A model generated the notes under the pieces. The model had not been told where the DNA came from. It saw nothing but the letters and a program-made list of their open reading frames with translations, and did not search any database. A stretch of 64,000 bases of DNA, taken from NCBI GenBank assembly GCA_963677495.2, contig CAXXOU010000002.1, positions 310,624 through 374,623 on the forward strand, in the 5' to 3' direction. The DNA is from Candidatus Cloacimonadales bacterium. Its GTDB lineage: Bacteria > Cloacimonadota > Cloacimonadia > Cloacimonadales > JAFGVF01. A program made the position numbers and the translations under genes. Of the stretch, positions 47,214 through 56,487 are shown piece by piece; the stretch's first letter is position 1; each line of letters begins with the position of its first letter.

Positions 47214-48326
47214 TTATTTAACTGACTCGTTATAACTATCTACAATATCTCTAACTATCTTTATTCTTTCGATATCTCCTGTTGATGAGATCTCATCTGA
47301 GATGCCAAGAATTAGTTTCGGGGCAAACATCTCGATAAGTTTATTAGTGCATTCTACCAGGGTTTCAACTGAGTATGTTTCATCAAAGTATACAGCCGGT
47401 AACCCATCAATTAAGAACATATCATCACCAAGAGCTTCTTTTACCTCTTCTAAAGTTACATCACCCTGCGGTTTTGGAGTAATTGCTTCAATACCGTCAA
47501 GTCCGGTTTCTTTAGCATATTTAAGTAGAGGTTTAGTATCTCCATCCCAATGAGCATGAACAAACTTATCAGCTTTATGAAGCTTCTCACAACGTCTCTG
47601 ACATGCAGGAAGATGGTATTTTATGAAAAGGTCCGGTGATAGTGTACCTGAATGGATATTCTCTCCAAAGTTGATAACATCAACCGGACAGTCATTGATT
47701 ACATCAATCAATCTGTCATGATTATCTTCCAAAGCATTAAAGAATCGTTCTACAATCTGAGGTTTACCGAACATAGCATAAACAGCATCCATTACGCCCA
47801 TCTTCTCGATGTAGAGAGCTTGAACATTCATACGTGGCATGAACATTGTAGGTAAACCAAGATGTCCAACTGCTTTCATAGTTTTGTTATAATGATCCCA
47901 GTCAAACTCCCAAGTCGAATTCTCTTCGCGCCAGGTAGCAATCTTAAAGTCATCATCAGTAACTATCTCCCATTTCACTGTAATTACATGCTGGGAATTT
48001 TTAGATACTCTGTTGATAAATGTTTGATTACCTACCGGTGTGTGAATTGTGTGCTCGTAGTCTGTTTCATTCAGCTGTTTAGTAGTTAGTTTTACTTGTG
48101 GGTGCTCGATGCGTCTGAAGCATCCGTTAAAATCGTATAGTCGAGATGATACATCCAGCTCTTCATAGACTTGAGTTGGATTCATACCCTTGTACTTACC
48201 GGGTAACCCCTCTCCGGTAAACATTTTATCGTCGTACCAACAACCAATCCTCGGTTGCCAAATAATCTGTTTATTACCTTTCTCAAAGGCAACTTTTCGA
48301 TGCAATTCGGGATAATCTTTTCTCAT
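47214..48326 (-). CDS. URO-D-superfamily putative substrate:corrinoid methyltransferase
   Basis: HTPVG, FGENI, LSPDLF, HWDG, GIEAITP, LGISDE; first gene of the corrinoid cluster. Confidence 0.65.
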   Translation of the reverse strand: MRKDYPELHRKVAFEKGNKQIIWQPRIGCWYDDKMFTGEGLPGKYKGMNPTQVYEELDVSSRLYDFNGCFRRIEHPQVKLTTKQLNETDYEHTIHTPVGNQTFINRVSKNSQHVITVKWEIVTDDDFKIATWREENSTWEFDWDHYNKTMKAVGHLGLPTMFMPRMNVQALYIEKMGVMDAVYAMFGKPQIVERFFNALEDNHDRLIDVINDCPVDVINFGENIHSGTLSPDLFIKYHLPACQRRCEKLHKADKFVHAHWDGDTKPLLKYAKETGLDGIEAITPKPQGDVTLEEVKEALGDDMFLIDGLPAVYFDETYSVETLVECTNKLIEMFAPKLILGISDEISSTGDIERIKIVRDIVDSYNESVK

Positions 48327-48469
48327 ATACTCCCCTTAATCATCAATATTCTTCGGATATCCGGCAAAACTATCTAGAGAAAAATCAATGTCAATAAATG
48401 ATTCCGAAAAGTGTATATCCCTTAAATTGATTTGCAGTGATACTGTACACTTAACACCCTCTTGTAACA

Positions 48470-48579
48470 AACGGGACACACACGGGTATCTCTCGGGACT
48501 TTCACAGGAATCACACGGGCTTTGCCCGAGAAATTCCTTTGCAATTCCCAACCAATTCGCGAATCATTCCCGAGTGTTG
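48470..48579. repeat. 11-bp-period palindromic minisatellite (5 forward and 5 inverted degenerate units)
   Basis: AACGGGACACA CACGGGTATCT CTCGGGACTTT CACAGGAATCA CACGGGCTTTG / CCCGAGAAATT CCTTTGCAATT CCCAACCAATT CGCGAATCATT CCCGAGTGTTG. Confidence 0.7.
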
Positions 48580-48756
48580 CAAGGGGGAGTGAAAGTTTGT
48601 AACTATTAGTCTAAAGCCAATAGTTATAAAGTCTATTTATTGTTCGATAGTAGTGTTATGTCGTTTCAGATTGAAGTCCTTAATCTATAAACTAAACTTC
48701 TCCTTCTAGTCTCAGCAGTAATTATTGCCTTTATGATAGCTATATCTCAGTAACAA

Positions 48757-48829
48757 CTTGCCAATTACTTGGTGATTAGGCCAGGAATAGGCCAAGTGTT
48801 TGCCAAGTGTTTGCCAAGTGTTTATCAAG
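48757..48829. repeat. 11-bp tandem repeat
   Basis: GCCAAGTGTTT x3 at 48791-48823 with degenerate flanking units. Confidence 0.75.
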
Positions 48830-48881
48830 AATTACTGCAGAGAGTAGAGGGTGTATTGTCCTGAAATAGTTACCCTAAACT

Positions 48882-49316
48882 ATGAAAGGAAAAGAGATGA
48901 AAGAGAAAGAAGAAAAGAGAGTTTTGAGAAACTATAGTGTAGTATTTAAGATGAAAGTAGTAGACGAAATCGAGAGTGGATATTTAACTATTAGTGAAGC
49001 AACTCAGCTTTATAAAATACCAAGTACGACAACCATTCGAGGTTGGATCAAAAAATATGGAATGGATCAAAAGATTGATAAGGTGGTACACTATATGACT
49101 AAAGATGAAAAGACCGAATTAATCCGCTTACGCAAGGAGAATAGACGGCTTCAGCGTGCATTGGACGATAGCTATCTTAAAGAGTTAGCATTAGAGACAT
49201 TGATAGAAGTATCCGGTAATAAGCTAGGTATGGATCTAAAAAAAAAGCTTGGTTCGATAGTGCAGGAAAAACTCAAGAAAGAGCTATTGAATGCGGACTC
49301 CGATACAGAGGATTAG
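48882..49316 (+). CDS. IS3-family transposase OrfA (HTH)
   Basis: YSVVFKMKVV..TIRGWIKKY HTH followed by a coiled-coil segment. Confidence 0.85.
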   Translation: MKGKEMKEKEEKRVLRNYSVVFKMKVVDEIESGYLTISEATQLYKIPSTTTIRGWIKKYGMDQKIDKVVHYMTKDEKTELIRLRKENRRLQRALDDSYLKELALETLIEVSGNKLGMDLKKKLGSIVQEKLKKELLNADSDTED

Positions 49317-49330
49317 AGAGGATTTGTAAG

Positions 49331-50119
49331 GTGTACGGTTATACAAGACAAGGCTATAATAAGCATGTAAAAATACTCGAACGAGATGCTGCGAGAGACC
49401 GTGAGATAGTGCGACTCGTGGAAGAGCTCCGGCGAGAACAGGAGACAACAGGCTATCGAATGATAATGAAAATGCTTATAAAACATAATGATCCTGACCT
49501 AAAGATAAGTAGAGATAAACTAATAGAGTTGTTACGTATGAATAACTTATTGCAAAGACCTCCCAAGCGATATGTAGTTACAACAAACTGGAAGCATAAA
49601 TTGAAGATATACCCCAATCTTTTACCGGAAACGAACATCACAAAAAAAGACCAAGTTTGGGTAACAGACATTACATATATCTCAGTTGGAAGGGGGTTTA
49701 TGTATCTGTTTTTAGTAACAGACTACTATTCAAGAAAGATAGTTGGTCACTACTTATCTGATACTCTGGAAACAAAAGGAGCAGTGAAGGCATTTAATAA
49801 AGCAAAAAGAGGAACAAAAATCCCGCGAGGTATAATACTTCACTCTGATCATGGTGTCCAGTACTGTAGTAAAGAATACATCGGATTGCTTAAAAGAAGC
49901 CATGCAAGAGTTAGTATGACAGGAAAGAATCACTGCTATGATAATGCAGTCGCTGAAAGAGTAAACAGAACATTGAAACATGATCTGGGAATGAAATTGA
50001 AATTCCCAAACAAAAAGGTCGCTTTGCAAGCAACGGAAGAAGCAGTTTATATCTATAATAATAAAAGATATCATTCTTCACTTGACTACAACACTCCTGG
50101 AAGTGTATATGCTTCTTAG
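49331..50119 (+). CDS. IS3-family transposase OrfB (DDE/rve), probably expressed by -1 frameshift
   Basis: WVTDITYI, HSDHGVQY, DNAVAER, YNNKRYHSSL; lies in the -1 frame; A9G run at about 49238-49247. Confidence 0.92.
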   Translation: MYGYTRQGYNKHVKILERDAARDREIVRLVEELRREQETTGYRMIMKMLIKHNDPDLKISRDKLIELLRMNNLLQRPPKRYVVTTNWKHKLKIYPNLLPETNITKKDQVWVTDITYISVGRGFMYLFLVTDYYSRKIVGHYLSDTLETKGAVKAFNKAKRGTKIPRGIILHSDHGVQYCSKEYIGLLKRSHARVSMTGKNHCYDNAVAERVNRTLKHDLGMKLKFPNKKVALQATEEAVYIYNNKRYHSSLDYNTPGSVYAS

Positions 50120-50343
50120 TAAATCAATTTAGAAAAGATAGAATTATTTCATTCAATTGAAGTAAACTGAGTAACTAAAACTATGGTAAACTTATTCAGG
50201 ACACTGCAGGGAGATTGGAGTGAATCTTCGATGTCAGGTATTATCAACCACGAAATGCACGAATGTGTTGTTAGATATGAGTAACAAATAGCCTTGAAAA
50301 TTAGATGCAAATGCATATATTTTATAGCTGAATAAAAGCTCAA

Positions 50344-50361
50344 TCGTGATAAATGTAACAA
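50344..50361. promoter_or_regulatory. Candidate Rex operator upstream of the hyd-like operon
   Basis: TCGTGATAAATGTAACAA resembles TTGTGAA-N4-TTCACAA; near a TTGACC -35-like box. Confidence 0.3.
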
Positions 50362-50473
50362 TGTGCTTTTTTTTATTGACCAACAAAGCGTAATGAGAGA
50401 AATTACTTCAATTAGAAGTAGTAATTTAAGAAATATAAGTAAATATAAATATAATAATGACTTAGGAGGAAAA

Positions 50474-50968
50474 ATGTCGGTTGATCTCAGAAACTATGAC
50501 AGTCCTGAATACCAGGAACTTCAGCAGATTATCGAAGAGAAGAAGAAGCTGAGAGACCCATTGATTGAGGTACTTCACAAAGCACAAGGGATCTTTGGTT
50601 ACTTACCACCGGAGGTTCAGCAATTCGTTTCAGAGCACTTAGGTGTTCCTTTAAACAAGGTTTACGGAGTTGTTACATTCTATAACTTCTTCAGTATGAC
50701 TCCACGTGGAAAATATGTGATTAACGTGTGCACAGGAACAGCTTGTTTTGTTAAAGGTGCTCCTCAATTACTTCAAAATTTCGAAGAATTACTTGGAATC
50801 AAGAAAGGTGAGACAACCGAAGACGGCTTGTTCACACTCGCAGAAGTCAGATGTGTAGGTGCTTGCTCATTAGCCCCTGTTTTTGTTGTTGGTGAAGAGA
50901 CTTATGGTCGTGTTGAAACAAAAGACCAGTTGAAAAAGATTGTTGATCAATTAAAAGCAGACGCATAA
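50474..50968 (+). CDS. NuoE/HydC-like 2Fe-2S subunit
   Basis: LHKAQ..FGYLP, GVVTFY, CTGTAC, CVGACSLAP; AGGAGG RBS. Confidence 0.9.
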   Translation: MSVDLRNYDSPEYQELQQIIEEKKKLRDPLIEVLHKAQGIFGYLPPEVQQFVSEHLGVPLNKVYGVVTFYNFFSMTPRGKYVINVCTGTACFVKGAPQLLQNFEELLGIKKGETTEDGLFTLAEVRCVGACSLAPVFVVGEETYGRVETKDQLKKIVDQLKADA

Positions 50969-50982
50969 GCGAGTAGATCTAA

Positions 50983-51552
50983 ATGCAGGATATTTCATTA
51001 CATCTTTTGGACATTATAGAGAATTCAGCCAGAGCTGAATCGAGCAATATTCGTATCTCTGTATTGATAGATGAGAGAATAAACCTGATGAGATTTACAG
51101 TAGAGGATGACGGAACCGGAATGGATGAAGAGACGTTGAAAGCTGCTCAGAATCCTTTCTACACTTCAAAAGCGGAAAGAGTTAAGAAAGTTGGACTTGG
51201 TATCCCGCTCTTTGCTCAGAACGCAGAATTGTGTGCAGGTCGATTTCAGCTCGATAGCGAGTTAGGCAAAGGTACGGTGTTGGTTGCTGAGTTTGAGTAC
51301 AACCACATCGATAGAATGCCTTTAGGAAATCTGCAAGATACACTCATTAGTGGAATTATCGGGCATCAGGAAGTTGACTTCTGGTTGAATCTTGATCACC
51401 ACATTGGAGAAGTTCATCACGATTTTGCTTTTAATACAGCAGAAATCAAAGAGGAACTCGGTGGCATACCATTAACCTATCCGGACGTTATCCAGTTTAT
51501 CGAAGAGAATATTAAAGAAGGAATAAAAAAAACAGAGATGGAGGAGAACTAA
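50983..51552 (+). CDS. HATPase_c ATP-binding protein of hydrogenase-type operons
   Basis: LDIIENS, DDGTGM, PFYTSK, GLGIP, HIDRMPLG. Confidence 0.85.
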   Translation: MQDISLHLLDIIENSARAESSNIRISVLIDERINLMRFTVEDDGTGMDEETLKAAQNPFYTSKAERVKKVGLGIPLFAQNAELCAGRFQLDSELGKGTVLVAEFEYNHIDRMPLGNLQDTLISGIIGHQEVDFWLNLDHHIGEVHHDFAFNTAEIKEELGGIPLTYPDVIQFIEENIKEGIKKTEMEEN

Positions 51553-51553
51553 G

Positions 51554-51919
51554 ATGAAGACCTTAGCCGAACTCAGAAAGATTCGTGAGCAAGCTCAGGC
51601 TGATATGAAGCTTAGAGCTTCAGGAAGCCGTGTAAAGGTTATAGTCGGAATGGGAACTTCAGGTATCGCAATGGGTGCTCGTGAAGTTATGAAAACATTC
51701 TTGGACGAAATAGCTAAACGTGGTCTTAAAGACGTATTAGTAACTCAAACAGGAGAGAAAGGACTCTCTTCAGTTGAGCCTGTTGTTGATATTGTTATTG
51801 AGGGACAAGATGCCATAACTTATGGTAATATGGACCCTGAAAAAGCCCGTAAAGTTGTAGTTGAACATATTGTTAACAACCGTGTGGTTGCTGACTTTGT
51901 AGTTTCAGCAAATAACTAG
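51554..51919 (+). CDS. HydD/HndB-like thioredoxin-fold ferredoxin subunit lacking cysteines
   Basis: VGMGTSGIAMGAR, QTGEKGLSSVEP; the usual Cys ligand positions are Ser/Glu and the protein has no Cys. Confidence 0.75.
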   Translation: MKTLAELRKIREQAQADMKLRASGSRVKVIVGMGTSGIAMGAREVMKTFLDEIAKRGLKDVLVTQTGEKGLSSVEPVVDIVIEGQDAITYGNMDPEKARKVVVEHIVNNRVVADFVVSANN

Positions 51920-51927
51920 GGGGAAGA

Positions 51928-53784
51928 ATGTCTTTAAGAAGAATAGACCTACTTATCTGTTGTGGTTCAGGATGTGTTTCAGCAGGTTCTTTAAAGATTA
52001 AGAAGAAATTCATAGAAATGCTCAATGAGCATGACATGATGGCTGAAGTTAACATTATTGAAACAGGTTGTATGGGACCATGTGATTACGGTCCTGTTAT
52101 GATGATCTACCCTGAAGGTGTTTTCTACAAGAAAGTAACTGTAGAAGATGTTCAGGAAATCGTAGAAGAACATTTCTTAAAAGGACGTCCTGTTAAACGT
52201 CTTATGATTCAGGACGACGAAGATAAAGTTATTGTTGAGAAGAAAGAGATCCCTTTCTATCAAGATCAGATAAAAGTTGCTCTCGAGCATTGCGGATACC
52301 TTAATCCTGAAAGCATCGAAGAGTATATTGCTGAAGGCGGATATGAAGCTCTCGGTAAAGTTCTTACAGAAATGACACCTGCTTCTCTTATCGAAGAGAT
52401 TAAGAAATCAGGACTTCGCGGTCGTGGTGGTGGTGGATTCCCAACAGGTTTAAAGTGGGAATTTGCATTCAAGAACGAAGCTGACCAGAAGTATGTTGTT
52501 TGTAATGCTGATGAAGGTGACCCGGGTGCATTCATGGATCGTTCACTTCTCGAAGGTGACCCACATAGAGTACTTGAAGGTATGATGATCTCTGCTTTTG
52601 CTATCGGTGCTAGCATGGGTTACTTCTATATTCGTGCTGAGTATCCTCTTGCAATTAGACGTATCAAGCTTGCGATAGAAAAAGCAAAAGAATACGGTCT
52701 TTTAGGAGAAAATATCTTTGAATCAGGTTTCAACTTTGACGTAGAAGTACGTTCAGGTGCCGGTGCTTTCGTTTGTGGTGAAGAGACTGCTCTTATCCAT
52801 TCAATCGAAGGTCGTAGAGGTCAACCTACTCCTAAACCACCATTCCCTGCTGCAAGCGGATTATGGAACAAACCAACTATCGTTAACAACGTGGAAACTC
52901 TTGGTAACCTTCCTACAATCCTTCTCAAAGGTGCTGACTGGTTCGCATCTATGGGAACTGAAGATTCTAAAGGTACTAAAGTGTTTGCTCTTACCGGTGA
53001 CATCAAAAACACAGGTCTCGTTGAGGTTCCTATGGGAATCACAATTGGTGAGCTTATCTTTGGTGTTGGTGGTGGTATCACTAATGGTAAGAAGTTTAAA
53101 GCCGTACAGCTCGGTGGACCTTCAGGTGGTTGCTTAACAGAAGACCATCTTGATGTGCCTATCACATACGAATCTCTCAGAGAGAAAGGTGCGATGATGG
53201 GTTCAGGTGGTGTTATCGTAATGGATGAAGATAAATGTATGGTTGACGTTGCTAAGTTCTTCCTCGACTTCTCAGTTGATGAGTCTTGCGGTAAATGTTC
53301 ACCATGTCGTCTTGGTCTTAAGAAGATGTATGAAATCATGGATAGAATCACTTCAGGTGAAGGCCGTGAAGGTGATATAGAAGAGCTTGAAACACTTGGT
53401 GAAATGATTAAACAGACTTCACTTTGTGGACTCGGTCAGGCTGCTCCCAATCCTGTTCTCAGTACTATCCGCTACTTCCGTGACGAATATGAGAATCATA
53501 TTAAGCATAAAAGCTGTCATGCAAAGGTTTGTCAGCCACTTATGCACTTTGAAATTGATAAAGATAAGTGTATCGGTTGCTCACTTTGCTCACGCAAATG
53601 CCCTACATCATGTATTCCTGGTAACAGAGAAGAGAAATACACAATTACTCAGATTGACTGCGTAAAATGTGGTAACTGTCTCGATGTCTGCCCAGTTGGA
53701 GCTGTAAGTAAACTTGCAGGTATCCATCCTGATGTAATTGCCCATAAAGCAAAACAAGCAAGTTTAGTAGACGATTACGAATAA
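51928..53784 (+). CDS. NuoF/HydB-like NADH-binding FMN Fe-S subunit
   Basis: SGLRGRGGGGFPTG, CNADEGDPGAFMDR, GAFVCGEETAL, ESCGKCSPCR, C-terminal 2x[4Fe-4S]. Confidence 0.93.
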   Translation: MSLRRIDLLICCGSGCVSAGSLKIKKKFIEMLNEHDMMAEVNIIETGCMGPCDYGPVMMIYPEGVFYKKVTVEDVQEIVEEHFLKGRPVKRLMIQDDEDKVIVEKKEIPFYQDQIKVALEHCGYLNPESIEEYIAEGGYEALGKVLTEMTPASLIEEIKKSGLRGRGGGGFPTGLKWEFAFKNEADQKYVVCNADEGDPGAFMDRSLLEGDPHRVLEGMMISAFAIGASMGYFYIRAEYPLAIRRIKLAIEKAKEYGLLGENIFESGFNFDVEVRSGAGAFVCGEETALIHSIEGRRGQPTPKPPFPAASGLWNKPTIVNNVETLGNLPTILLKGADWFASMGTEDSKGTKVFALTGDIKNTGLVEVPMGITIGELIFGVGGGITNGKKFKAVQLGGPSGGCLTEDHLDVPITYESLREKGAMMGSGGVIVMDEDKCMVDVAKFFLDFSVDESCGKCSPCRLGLKKMYEIMDRITSGEGREGDIEELETLGEMIKQTSLCGLGQAAPNPVLSTIRYFRDEYENHIKHKSCHAKVCQPLMHFEIDKDKCIGCSLCSRKCPTSCIPGNREEKYTITQIDCVKCGNCLDVCPVGAVSKLAGIHPDVIAHKAKQASLVDDYE

Positions 53785-53804
53785 GTAATTAATACTATAA
53801 ATAT

Positions 53805-53834
53805 AAGACGGGAGTATTGCTCCCGTCTTTTCTT
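53805..53834 (+). terminator. Intrinsic terminator closing the hyd-like operon
   Basis: AAGACGGGAG-tattg-CTCCCGTCTT followed by TTCTT. Confidence 0.75.
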
Positions 53835-53998
53835 ATCTATCCACTTCTATAATATCTCATTGGGATCTTCATAAGTCTCCTTAACTATAAAGCTTACTTA
53901 TAATCTGGATATATACCTGTAAATTTATATAGCCATGAATATTTTCGAATCATCAAAAAACAGTTGACTAATACTGATATACAGCTTAGAAGGGCTGT

Positions 53999-54093
53999 AG
54001 AGAGGAAGAATCTGGTGGTTCAGCCGGTCTTCAAAACCGGTAGTTGGCGCTTAACCCCGTCAGTGGCAGGTTCGATCCCTGCCCTCTCTGCCA
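53999..54093 (+). tRNA. selC: tRNA-Sec (anticodon UCA)
   Basis: Acceptor AGAGAGG/CCTCTCT + GCCA; D-arm GAATC-TGGT-GGTTC; anticodon arm GCCGGT-CTTCAAA-ACCGGT; long variable arm; T-arm GCAGG-TTCGATC-CCTGC. Confidence 0.92.
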
Positions 54094-54103
54094 AGAGGTA
54101 CTA

Positions 54104-55180
54104 ATGAAAAAAAGAATCATCGTTATTATTATTTTACTTGTTGCTACTGCTATAGCAGTGTTTATGCTGAATTATAGATCAACTAATCCGGGAAGGGAGC
54201 GTGATAAGCTCTTTATGGCTGCTGATTCTCTGAACGCAACGTACTCCGAATTTAATGGAAAGCTGAATCTACTTTCTCAGCTCGTAACATCTCTATACCT
54301 TAGTAAAGAATATGCTTTCGATGGAGTTGTGCCCCAGAATTACCAGGTCGATGAGTATGAACTATATAAGAATAAAAACGATGGTTTAGCGGCTGTGTTC
54401 TATACTGGAGATATTCCGGTAGGGGATAACCTGATCAGTGATGTGGTTCTTATGGAGCAACTGGATGAATATATGCAACAGGTTTTCATTAGCAGTGAAC
54501 TGGTTGAATCAGTATACTATTATGATAACAGTGAATTCTTCAGACATTATCCATATATAGAATACAAACCAGAGTTTAAAAATTATAATTATAAAGAAAC
54601 TGATGAATTTAAAGAGATTATCTCTCATATACAACCGGGTAAAATCTTTTGGCTTAGTACTCCTAAAGTCTCACCCTTTACCGGTGAATGGATTATCTCT
54701 GCTATCAAGCCTGTAATTCAACAAACTAATCTCTTAGGTTTAACTGTTGTGAACCTCTCTGTTAGTAGGATGTGTGATTATATCGAGAGCATTGACTCAG
54801 AGATAGGTTTAATCACAAGTGGTGGACACATACTCCATCAGGATAACCTTTTGAGAAGGACATTAGAATCACCACCGTGGCTTATTGGACAAGATTTACC
54901 TGACTCATTAGCTATGAAAGACTACTCAATTTTCAGAAGTAATTCATCAGCGCTAAAATACATGGCAAATAAAATTATAATTGAGAAAGACTTCTTCTAC
55001 AGTCAGAAGCTTATAGATACTGACTATATTGTTCTATCCTATGAATTAAATCACCTTGGTGTATTTCTATATACATTGGTTTATGATGATGGTAGCGTTG
55101 CTAAAGTTAAAAGATTGAGACGACGTATAAACAGATCTCGTCAGAAAAGATTAGATAAGGAGAAAAAGAAAGGAGCTTAA
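54104..55180 (+). CDS. Membrane-anchored Cache-like sensory domain protein
   Basis: N-terminal TM helix; FWLSTPKVSPFTGEWIISAIKPV..LLGLTVVNL resembles dCache; ATG 54104 lies just after the tRNA. Confidence 0.6.
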   Translation: MKKRIIVIIILLVATAIAVFMLNYRSTNPGRERDKLFMAADSLNATYSEFNGKLNLLSQLVTSLYLSKEYAFDGVVPQNYQVDEYELYKNKNDGLAAVFYTGDIPVGDNLISDVVLMEQLDEYMQQVFISSELVESVYYYDNSEFFRHYPYIEYKPEFKNYNYKETDEFKEIISHIQPGKIFWLSTPKVSPFTGEWIISAIKPVIQQTNLLGLTVVNLSVSRMCDYIESIDSEIGLITSGGHILHQDNLLRRTLESPPWLIGQDLPDSLAMKDYSIFRSNSSALKYMANKIIIEKDFFYSQKLIDTDYIVLSYELNHLGVFLYTLVYDDGSVAKVKRLRRRINRSRQKRLDKEKKKGA

Positions 55181-55941
55181 CTCCAATCTGTCTTCAACTC
55201 TTCTTGTAGTTGATAGAACCAGTCTATCACTTCATTAGCATTAGCTTTTAGAGTTTCAATATCATTGTAAGTCACCAGCTTTCTTAATCTATTATAAACA
55301 TCTTCCGGATAGTCTCTATAGCCATATTTCAACCCAAAATCAACCTTAGCAGGTCTATACTTAAGATTAAGCAGTATTGAAAGTCTTCTTAAAATACTTC
55401 CTTGCAGTTCAATAGATGCATCTACCAATCTACCACGTTCAATAAGCTTTAACACTTCTACCTCTACAACAAAGAACAACTCTGTCGAGAATTTATATGC
55501 ATTTTTGCCTTTTGAAAGAACTGTCTCTTCAGGAGTGGGTGATGGATTAATAAGCTGCTTTTTATCAAACCATTTGATCGGAATTCCATGACGATCACTT
55601 TCCTGAAATTTGTCTTTATTAACAAGCTTCTGAACCGCAATATCAAGGTAAAAGAATCTGGGGGCTTTGTCTATCAGATAGAAGCATTGTGACATTCCGT
55701 GCCATGCAGGTTCAGGTATACGAAACTGTTTTAAGATGCCATAATTATTTTGGAAGAAGCTTTGCAGTAGAGAAAAGACATCCTCGACTCGCTCATCATC
55801 AGAAATTATCATTAAATCCAGATCTGAGTATTCGTCTAAATAACCTGTTGCAGAAGAACCACCTTCCCAGACAGCATGTATAAAGTCTTGATTTAATAGC
55901 TCATTGAGTTCGGATGAAATCTTTTCTCTAAAACTTTGCAT
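55177..55941 (-). CDS. Nucleotidyltransferase-domain protein
   Basis: WEGGS-x5-DEYSDLDL Pol-beta-like motif. Confidence 0.7.
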   Translation of the reverse strand: MQSFREKISSELNELLNQDFIHAVWEGGSSATGYLDEYSDLDLMIISDDERVEDVFSLLQSFFQNNYGILKQFRIPEPAWHGMSQCFYLIDKAPRFFYLDIAVQKLVNKDKFQESDRHGIPIKWFDKKQLINPSPTPEETVLSKGKNAYKFSTELFFVVEVEVLKLIERGRLVDASIELQGSILRRLSILLNLKYRPAKVDFGLKYGYRDYPEDVYNRLRKLVTYNDIETLKANANEVIDWFYQLQEELKTDWS

Positions 55942-55950
55942 AATATTTCC

Positions 55951-56487
55951 TTATTTGACCAATTTAGAAATCTCTCTAAAATGGGGATGTTTTGAACTCT
56001 GCATGATTTCAAAAAGAAGCATTTCAGAGCTAACTACCTGAACACCAAGCTGTGATAGTCTTCTTATAGCAGTCACTTTATTTCTGTCATCTCTAGAAGC
56101 TACACCATCTTCAACGTAAAACACTTCTAAGCCCAAATCTAAGGCATCTAGTGATGATTGCATAAGGCATACATGACTTTCAATTCCATAGAGCACAATT
56201 TGTGTTTTACCGGTTGATTTGATATACTCTTTAACTTCCGGGGCAAAGATAGAGAATAGGTTCTTTTCAAATATATTAGCAGTTTCTGGTATGTTAATAT
56301 TCTCACATGTTTTGCCTAATCCTTTAGGATATTGTTCTGTAACTACTAGTGGTATTCCCAAAATCTCAGCTGATTTGTTCAGAATATTAGCAGTCTTGAT
56401 TACTTGTTCAAGTTCTGGTATAAATGGGCCGAACGCTTCCTGTATATCTATCATTGCAAATATTGCTTTGTCTTCTTTAAGTCTCAT
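55951..56487 (-). CDS. Isochorismatase-family hydrolase
   Basis: IDIQE, TEQYPKGLG, GIESHVC. Confidence 0.9.
   Translation of the reverse strand: MRLKEDKAIFAMIDIQEAFGPFIPELEQVIKTANILNKSAEILGIPLVVTEQYPKGLGKTCENINIPETANIFEKNLFSIFAPEVKEYIKSTGKTQIVLYGIESHVCLMQSSLDALDLGLEVFYVEDGVASRDDRNKVTAIRRLSQLGVQVVSSEMLLFEIMQSSKHPHFREISKLVK

Larger units (their letters stand above)
48852..50208 (+). mobile_element. IS3-family insertion sequence
   Basis: Imperfect inverted repeats TGTATTGTCCTGAAATAGTTACC / GGTAAACTTATTCAGGACACTGCA with TG..CA ends; 3-bp direct repeat GGG on both sides; orfA/orfB. Confidence 0.9.

Noticed and set aside
48327..48850. Cobalamin riboswitch upstream of the corrinoid cluster
   Set aside because: I could not find the B12-box or conserved core motifs by eye; an Rfam scan would be decisive
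50474..54093. Selenoprotein gene next to selC
   Set aside because: The neighbouring ORFs are complete and show no in-frame TGA at a Cys position
54044..54103. Longer start for the Cache-like ORF
   Set aside because: It overlaps the tRNA-Sec gene; ATG 54104 gives a normal N-terminal anchor
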